From an uncultured Chloroflexia bacterium (GTDB lineage Bacteria > Chloroflexota > Limnocylindria > Limnocylindrales > CSP1-4), in the NCBI GenBank assembly GCA_963752475.1, contig CAVVYR010000008.1, positions 64,001-128,000 of the forward strand: a stretch of DNA of 64,000 nt. The letters are read 5' to 3'. Shown piece after piece: positions 57,952-64,000 of this stretch. The position numbers were made by a program, and so were the translations under genes. Every line of letters begins with the position of its first letter. The first letter of the stretch is position 1. A model generated the notes under the pieces. It made no database searches and had not been told where the DNA came from. It worked only from the letters and a program-made list of their open reading frames with translations.

Positions 57952-58916
57952 CACACGTTCTCCAGCAACTTCTCGGCGGTGACCGAGTCGGTGATGAGCA
58001 CGTTGATGAGCTGTCCCGCGAGCGCGGCGCGGATCGCCGCGACCTTCTGCGGACCGCCCGACACGCCCACGACCTTGGGCACCCTCTTGATCTGCTCCAG
58101 GGTCAGGCCGATGATGCGCTCGTTGATCTCGGACTCGAGGCATTCGCCGTTGCTGTCGTAGTAACGCAAGGCGATGTCGCCGACCGTGCCCTTGCGCAGC
58201 AGGTCGTCGAGTTCGGCGCGGGTGATGATCGAACCGTCGCGCATCGTTACCGAGTCGGTGGTGGGAGCGCCGATGCCGACGAAGGCGATGTCGAGGTCGT
58301 CGAAGGCCTCGAACGCCCGCCTGACGTGTACGTCGTCGAGGAGCGCCTCTCGTGTGCGCTGGTCGGCCACGATGCCCGGCACCGGCAACAGCGTGAGCCG
58401 GCACTCGAGCGCGCGGGCCATTCCCCGGCACAGCTCGGTGGCGTGGACCTCCGCGTCTGGCTGGCCGATGCCACCGATGATCTGCACCACCTCCGCGTTG
58501 GGGAAGCGGTGTGTAGACATGCTCGTGACCATGTAGCGCAAGGTGTCGCCCCAGCACATGCCGATGGTGCTGCGGGCCGAGACGACCCGGCCCACGTAGC
58601 CCGCGGCGGCCCTGCCGACGGCCCGGCTGACGTGGCCCTGCGAGTCACCGGGCTGGGCGCCCACGACCACGGCCTCCTGCAGCCCGAAACGGCGCTGCAG
58701 CTCGCTCTCCATGTCAAGGAAGAGATCGTCCGGCTCGACGACGGTGATCTGGACCACGCCCTGCTCGCGTGCCTGCGCCATGAGCCGGGACACCTTCGAG
58801 CGTGAGAGCCCAAGGCGATCGGTGATGGCGTCCTGGTTCAGCCCGTCCTCGTAGTAGAAACGGGCGACCTTGACCAGCAAGCGCAGCTCCTCGTTCGTCG
58901 ACTTCGATGCCATCAC
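57951..58916 (-). CDS. SorC/DeoR-type sugar-binding transcriptional regulator
   Basis: VARFYYEDGLNQ..LGLSRSKVSRL, WGDT, VGDI, KVAAIRAAL..LITD. Confidence 0.92.
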   Translation of the reverse strand: MMASKSTNEELRLLVKVARFYYEDGLNQDAITDRLGLSRSKVSRLMAQAREQGVVQITVVEPDDLFLDMESELQRRFGLQEAVVVGAQPGDSQGHVSRAVGRAAAGYVGRVVSARSTIGMCWGDTLRYMVTSMSTHRFPNAEVVQIIGGIGQPDAEVHATELCRGMARALECRLTLLPVPGIVADQRTREALLDDVHVRRAFEAFDDLDIAFVGIGAPTTDSVTMRDGSIITRAELDDLLRKGTVGDIALRYYDSNGECLESEINERIIGLTLEQIKRVPKVVGVSGGPQKVAAIRAALAGQLINVLITDSVTAEKLLENV

Positions 58917-58918
58917 TC

Positions 58919-58983
58919 TGAGAGAATTCCCACACGTGAGAATATTCTCAGGGAGGCTAGCACGCGAGCGGAAGCGGAGTCAA
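58919..58983 (-). promoter_or_regulatory. Sigma70 promoter with tandem operators, upstream of the regulator operon
   Basis: Minus strand TTGACT (58983-58978), 18 bp, TGnTAGCCT; perfect palindrome TGAGAATATTCTCA at 58937-58950 and degenerate copy at 58919-58932. Confidence 0.75.
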
Positions 58984-59017
58984 CCGATTCCGCAAACGAA
59001 TGCATGAACGCTGATCC

Positions 59018-59938
59018 CTACCAACCAGCGCCCGGGATGGCATAGCCATTGGGGTACTCGGGGCTGAGCTGCCAGGCAGCGATCCGCTCGGCCAGCTTGA
59101 GCACCGCGATCCCGTCCTCGGCAGAGCGGTCCGAAGAGGGCACCATGGGCGCGCTCTCGATGGTGCAGTAGCCCTCGTAGCCGGTCTTGAGGAAGGCGCG
59201 CATGACCGCCGTCCAGTCGGTCTTGCCGTAGCCGGGCGTGAGCGAGTTGGAGTCACGGAAGTGCCCGTGCCAGAGGTAGGGCTGCGCATCCATGACCGCC
59301 TCGTACGAGCCCAGCTCCTCGAGGTTGACGTGGAAGAAGTCGAGCTGGATGCCGATGTTGTCGCGACCGGTGAGCTCGATGACGCGCTTGTGGTTGGAGG
59401 CGGTGTTGACGAACTTGCCCATCTCCAGGTGGTTCGTGGCCTCGAAGACGAGTCTCATGTCGCGGGTCTTGGCATGGTCGCTCATGGCGCGCAGCGACTC
59501 GACAGCCACGGCCGTGGCGTCGTCGACGTTCTCCGCGGTGATGGGCGCGTGGACGGCCGTGGCCAGCGTCACGGACTTGGCGCCCAGCTCGGCGGCGAAG
59601 TCGATGGACTCCACCGTCTCGCTCACGGCCAGTGCGGCAGTCTTGGGCTCGGTCAGCGTCTTGTAGTCAGGGGAGAAGGGGTCCCACATCTCACCCCAGC
59701 ACTCGTTGACGTTGGAGACGTCCAGCCCGAAGTCGGCCTTGAGCTGCTTGTGCGTGGCGAGGTAGTCCTCCATCGAGACGCCCATGCCGTAGCGGCCCTT
59801 GGGCGGGCAGACCTCGATGGCGTCGTAGCCACAGCGGCTGAGCCGTTCGTAGGTCACCTCCGGGTGCAGGTAGGCCTCCTCCTGTCCGAATGTCAGCTGG
59901 AAGTAGCTGTACTTCTGCGGTGCGAAGTCTGTGGACAC
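59018..59938 (-). CDS. Sugar isomerase/epimerase (ketose 3-epimerase-like TIM barrel)
   Basis: GYDAIE, FEATNHLE, LDFFHVNLEE, HFRDSN..PGYG, TIES. Confidence 0.85.
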   Translation of the reverse strand: MSTDFAPQKYSYFQLTFGQEEAYLHPEVTYERLSRCGYDAIEVCPPKGRYGMGVSMEDYLATHKQLKADFGLDVSNVNECWGEMWDPFSPDYKTLTEPKTAALAVSETVESIDFAAELGAKSVTLATAVHAPITAENVDDATAVAVESLRAMSDHAKTRDMRLVFEATNHLEMGKFVNTASNHKRVIELTGRDNIGIQLDFFHVNLEELGSYEAVMDAQPYLWHGHFRDSNSLTPGYGKTDWTAVMRAFLKTGYEGYCTIESAPMVPSSDRSAEDGIAVLKLAERIAAWQLSPEYPNGYAIPGAGW

Positions 59939-59971
59939 TGGTTCCCCTCCTCCTCGTTGCCCTTGGCTCGT

Positions 59972-60517
59972 TCAGTCCTCGGGCGGGTAGACCTTCTCCG
60001 GTGGGTGGCGGCGCGCCGGCCGCTGGATGAGCTCGATGGTCACGCCGTACACCGCTTCGGTATCGATGTAGGCGTAGTGGCCGTCGCCGTCGGGCCCGAA
60101 GCCGGAACCGTCCATGATCATCCGGAAGCCGGCGGCCTCGGCCTGGGCCAGGGCCTCGCTCATGTCGTCGACGAGCACACCCAGATGCTGGACGCCGAAG
60201 CCGTGCTCCTTGACGAAGTCGGCGTAGACCGTGGGGCCCTCGACCATCTCGATGAACTCCACACGCATGGACCCGAAGTAGGACAACGCCACGCGCATGC
60301 GGTATTCGCAGGGCTGGCCGTAGTACGACATCCGCTGGCACAGGCCAGTGCCGTAGGTGTAGAAGTGCCAGCCACCGATGCCGAAGGCGCGGTGGTACAT
60401 CTCGACCGTCTTGTCGAGGTCCTCGACCACGAAGGCGATCTGGGCGATGCCATCGTCGAGGAACGGCAGTGGCGCCTCTGGCTTGGAGCGCAGCTCGGGT
60501 GTGTCGGCGGCGCTCAT
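59972..60517 (-). CDS. VOC family protein (methylmalonyl-CoA epimerase-like)
   Basis: QIAFVVEDLD..GIGGW, VEFIE..GPTVYADF..GVQHLG, IELI. Confidence 0.87.
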   Translation of the reverse strand: MSAADTPELRSKPEAPLPFLDDGIAQIAFVVEDLDKTVEMYHRAFGIGGWHFYTYGTGLCQRMSYYGQPCEYRMRVALSYFGSMRVEFIEMVEGPTVYADFVKEHGFGVQHLGVLVDDMSEALAQAEAAGFRMIMDGSGFGPDGDGHYAYIDTEAVYGVTIELIQRPARRHPPEKVYPPED

Positions 60518-61800
60518 GCGTAGAGGGCGTCCTGCAGGCGCCGGAGTCGGGCGACGAAGGTCGATTCATCGACCGTGACGTCCTCGTCGGTGATGGTCGC
60601 GCCCTTGGCGATGGGCCGCTTGACGACGGCGTTCGCGCCGATCCCGATGGGCACGGCGCCGGCGGTTCGCGCCTCCTGGTAGGTCATCAGCACCCCGTAC
60701 CAGTCGGGCCCGCCGATGCCCTCGAGGGTGGCCCCGGGCTCGAGGTCCCGCTTGGCCGTGCACACGACCTCGCTGTGCATCTGCTCGGGCGTGACCGTGA
60801 CCTCGTCGAGCAGCACGGCTTCGGCCACCGACTGCGGCGTCTCGAGGTCGCACAGGTGGTAGGGCCGGAAGTGCAGGTAGTAGGGCCCGTCCGCGTAGGT
60901 GATGAACTTCATCTCCTTGCGGATGCGCTTGTCGTACGAACGCACCACGGCGAAGACACCGGGTGCGATGGGGCCGGTGGAGTAGTCCACGCAGCCGGCC
61001 TTCGAGAGGATGCCGCCATCGGCCTCGGGGATGAAGGTGCTGACCAGGTCGTCGTGCTCGATGAAGGGCCCGTGCATGCCCGGGACGTCCGGCACGAGGC
61101 CGGTCGCGTTGGACACCGCGGCCATCTCCACCATCGTCTTGGTGCCGTCCTTGAAGGCGCTCAGCATCTTGGGGTTCATGCCCTTGCTCGCGGCCTCCGC
61201 GACACAGGCTTCGGGGGTGGCGGCAAGATCGATGGTGTTGTTCTTGCCCTTGCCCAGGGTCACGACCTCGAAGCCCATGAGCAGCGCCTGCTCCCAGAGC
61301 ATCTTGAGCACGCCGGGCTCGTCGCCCGAGGCCACGGTGTAGACCGAGCCCATCTGGCGCGCGAGACGGTCGAGATAGACGCCGATGGTGATGTCGGTCT
61401 CGACGTTCATCATGATCACGGGCACCCGATTCATGATCGCGTCATGGGCCACGCGAGCACCGACGTCCGGCACGCCGGTGACCTCGACGATGGCCTCCAG
61501 GCCCTCGAGTCGCGGCATCGCAAGCGCATCGGGTGTGACCATCGCGCGGCCGGCGCGGATGCCGTCCTCGACCGCGCCCAGGTCCTCGGCCACCTCGATG
61601 TCCCCGGCCTCGCGACCCATGTCAGCGAAGGTGGTCAGGCCGCGCTGCGGATCGAGGTCGGCGATGGCCGCGACGCGCATGCCCTCGATGTTGTTGATGG
61701 CGTGCGCCAGGCCCGAGCCCATCTGGCCGCAGCCAACGATGCCGATGCGGATGGGATCGCCGTCGGCTTCGCGTTGCCTGAGCTTGCTAACGAGCTCCAC
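60514..61800 (-). CDS. NAD(P)-dependent oxidoreductase with SAF domain (COG4091-like), copy 2
   Basis: VGCGQMG, MNVETDITIG, SGDEP, GKGKNN, DGTKTMVEM, RPYHL; AGGAG before GTG 61800. Confidence 0.85.
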   Translation of the reverse strand: MELVSKLRQREADGDPIRIGIVGCGQMGSGLAHAINNIEGMRVAAIADLDPQRGLTTFADMGREAGDIEVAEDLGAVEDGIRAGRAMVTPDALAMPRLEGLEAIVEVTGVPDVGARVAHDAIMNRVPVIMMNVETDITIGVYLDRLARQMGSVYTVASGDEPGVLKMLWEQALLMGFEVVTLGKGKNNTIDLAATPEACVAEAASKGMNPKMLSAFKDGTKTMVEMAAVSNATGLVPDVPGMHGPFIEHDDLVSTFIPEADGGILSKAGCVDYSTGPIAPGVFAVVRSYDKRIRKEMKFITYADGPYYLHFRPYHLCDLETPQSVAEAVLLDEVTVTPEQMHSEVVCTAKRDLEPGATLEGIGGPDWYGVLMTYQEARTAGAVPIGIGANAVVKRPIAKGATITDEDVTVDESTFVARLRRLQDALYA

Positions 61801-61816
61801 GTCTAACTCCTGTCTG

Positions 61817-63376
61817 TCATGCCGACTGTCTCGCGCGCAGGCGGGCCAGCTCGACGAAGTCCCCCTTGAGGTCCTGGTAGACCTGCTTGAAGAGGGCGAA
61901 CCGTTCCATGTACGCCGCGTGGGCCTCGGGGTCAGGCTCCATGGGCTCGATCGTGGTGGCCCAACCCTTGGCCACCGAGAAGTCGGGGAAGACGCCCGTC
62001 GCGACACCGGCCAGGATGGCGTCGCCGTAGGGCGCGCCGGTACGGCGCTCGAGCAGGACCGTGCCCACGTCGAAGACGTCGGTGATGATCCGCCGCCAGA
62101 GCAGGGACTTGGCGCCACCCTCGTTGAGCACGAGCGGGTAGTTCACCGTCAGGCCGGCAGCGCTGAGGGTCTCGAACGAGTGGTAGAGCGCGAAGGCCAC
62201 GCCCTCCATGGCCGCGCGGACGACGTGGCCCTTGCTGTGGTTGAGCGACAGGCCGAAGATGACGCCACGGGCGTTGACGTCCCAGATGGGCGTGCGTTCG
62301 CCCATGAGATAGGGCAGGAACAGCAGCCCGTCAGCGCCCGCCGGCACCGCCGCGGCCTGCTGGTTGAGCACGTCGTAGACGTCAGGCCCACCGGCCGCCT
62401 CCTGCTCCAGCTCGAGGGCGCTGAACTCGTCGCGCAGGTAGCGCAGCGTCTGACCGCCAGTGGTCGTGGTCGGCACCGTGATGTACGTGTCGTGCGAGTC
62501 GACGGTGTAGGGGAAGTTGATCGAGGCCGCGCCCGACTCGCTGAAGAGGAATTCTCGTGAGCGGTGGATGATGCCGAAGTTGCCGGCCGTACCCAGGTTC
62601 ATCTGGATGTCGCCGGGCTCGATGGCACCGCCCTGCATCCAACCGGCGTTGCAGTCGACCTGTCCGCCCGCGACCGGTGTGCCCGAGGCCAGGCCGCATT
62701 CAGCGGCGGCGGCACCGGTGATCTCGCCGATGACGTCCTCGCAGCGGCAGAGCTCGGGCATCAGCGCCGGATCGAGGCCCATCTCCTCGAGCAGGTCGGT
62801 ATCGAAGCGCTGGTCGAGGATGTCGTAGACACCGAAGAACGGCGCCGCGCTGTAGTGCGCGGTCGAACGGCCGGTGAGCTTGAAGTTGATGAAGCCGTCG
62901 ATGGTCAGGACCTTGGCCACGGTCGCGAAACGCTCCGGGTGGTGGTTCCGCTCCCAGAGCAGGTTCATCACCGCGGGGTGATCCTCGAGGCGGTTGGCGG
63001 TGATCCTGAAGATGCGCTCGGCGCCGATGTTCTCGGTGACCCAGGCGACCTCTTCGGTGGCCCGGCGGTCCATGAGGTTGTATGCACGCGGCAGCGGCTC
63101 CCCGTCACCATCGACGAGGACGACCGAGGGGAGCGCGGAGGAGGTGGCCACGCCCCGGATCTCGGCCGGGTCCACACCGGTGTCGGTGAGGACCTTTCGA
63201 ACCATGCGGCAGAAGGCTTCCCAGTAGCGGGGCGCATCATGCTCGGACCAACCCGAACGCTCGGTGTGGATCGGGTACTCCTCGTAGGCGTACCCGAGCT
63301 GCTCGCCCGACGAGTCGATGAGTGCGATCTTGGCACCGCCGGTGCCGTAGTCCGCGCCCAGCAGATAGTCAGCCAT
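61817..63376 (-). CDS. FGGY-family sugar kinase
   Basis: [37 protein letters not shown]. Confidence 0.9.
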   Translation of the reverse strand: MADYLLGADYGTGGAKIALIDSSGEQLGYAYEEYPIHTERSGWSEHDAPRYWEAFCRMVRKVLTDTGVDPAEIRGVATSSALPSVVLVDGDGEPLPRAYNLMDRRATEEVAWVTENIGAERIFRITANRLEDHPAVMNLLWERNHHPERFATVAKVLTIDGFINFKLTGRSTAHYSAAPFFGVYDILDQRFDTDLLEEMGLDPALMPELCRCEDVIGEITGAAAAECGLASGTPVAGGQVDCNAGWMQGGAIEPGDIQMNLGTAGNFGIIHRSREFLFSESGAASINFPYTVDSHDTYITVPTTTTGGQTLRYLRDEFSALELEQEAAGGPDVYDVLNQQAAAVPAGADGLLFLPYLMGERTPIWDVNARGVIFGLSLNHSKGHVVRAAMEGVAFALYHSFETLSAAGLTVNYPLVLNEGGAKSLLWRRIITDVFDVGTVLLERRTGAPYGDAILAGVATGVFPDFSVAKGWATTIEPMEPDPEAHAAYMERFALFKQVYQDLKGDFVELARLRARQSA

Positions 63377-63393
63377 TCGTGACAGTCATCGTG

Positions 63394-63459
63394 TGAGAAT
63401 TCTCTCGCTCTTGAGAAATTTCTCATACGACGCTAGCATGCTGCTCGGGTCCGAGTCAA
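63394..63459 (-). promoter_or_regulatory. Sigma70 promoter with tandem operators, upstream of the FGGY kinase operon
   Basis: Minus strand TTGACT (63459-63454), 18 bp, TGnTAGCGT; perfect palindrome TGAGAAATTTCTCA at 63412-63425 and degenerate copy at 63394-63407. Confidence 0.75.
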
Positions 63460-63613
63460 CGGCTCGGACGCACAAACCCTCGTCGTGCGCGGCGGTTCAG
63501 GGCTCGCTCGGTGGCTACTGACGGGTCGCCTGGCCGTGGCGTTCGCTACGAGAAGTCGTTGACACGGGCGTGCTCGATCGCCGCCCAGTGCCATCCGGGA
63601 AAGGATGATCCAC

Positions 63614-64000
63614 ATGAAGACCGCCAAGGACAAGCATGTCGTGATGGCCGCCGACTTCGCCGGCTATCCGCTGCAGCAAGCTGTCAAGGAGTACCTCCAG
63701 AACAACGGCTGGACCGTCGAGGACCTCACTCCGGTGAAGGACGAGATCCCCATGTTCCACCGCGTCGGATTCATGCTCGGCGCGAAGATCGCCGAGAAGG
63801 AGTACGAGAAGGGCCTCCTCTTCTGCGGCACCGGCATGGGCATCCACCTCGCCGCGGCCAAGGTGCCGCACGTGCACGCCGCCGTCTGCGAAAGCGTGCG
63901 CGCGGCCAAGCGCTGCGCCACCGGCAACAAGTGCAACGTCATGGCCATGGGCGCGCTGTGGATCGCACCGAACCTGGGCTTCGCCATGGCCGACGCCTTC
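63614..64000 (+). CDS. rpiB: RpiB/LacA/LacB sugar-phosphate isomerase (3' end outside window)
   Basis: Read manually: MKTAKDKHVVMAADFAGYPL..GLLFCGTGMGIHLAAAKVP..NKCNVMAMG. Confidence 0.88.
   Translation, partial: MKTAKDKHVVMAADFAGYPLQQAVKEYLQNNGWTVEDLTPVKDEIPMFHRVGFMLGAKIAEKEYEKGLLFCGTGMGIHLAAAKVPHVHAAVCESVRAAKRCATGNKCNVMAMGALWIAPNLGFAMADAF

Overview
High-GC bacterial DNA. The gene content and the (PTPE)n surface protein suggest a Chloroflexota- or Actinomycetota-like organism (inference only). The window is dominated by carbohydrate uptake and catabolism. In order: a partial sugar ABC operon running into a GerMN / cysteine-desulfurase / DUF3343 / split-YeeE sulfur-selenium module with many +1 indels (probably sequencing errors); an FGGY kinase; a TetR/MFS relic; a vapBC pair; two ipdC-like decarboxylase paralogues; a ~9.9 kb sugar-acid islet (VOC, SDR, eda, kdgK, TIM-barrel-IclR fusion, CoA transferase, MaoC, NitT-type ABC) bracketed by a perfect 57-bp direct repeat of the ipdC 3' end, with no integrase; mgtE; an N-formylglutamate amidohydrolase / QEGLA (DUF1704) peptidase / GshB-like ATP-grasp trio; a rifampin-phosphotransferase-like dikinase facing a divergent PlsY; GH94 cellobiose phosphorylase; a kinase-reductase-dehydrogenase polyol operon; a zinc-ribbon membrane protein with 71 PTPE repeats; and an ~18 kb rare-sugar locus with two matching promoters carrying tandem TGAGAA-N2-TTCTCA operators. 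I found no rRNA, tRNA, CRISPR array, transposase or integrase.
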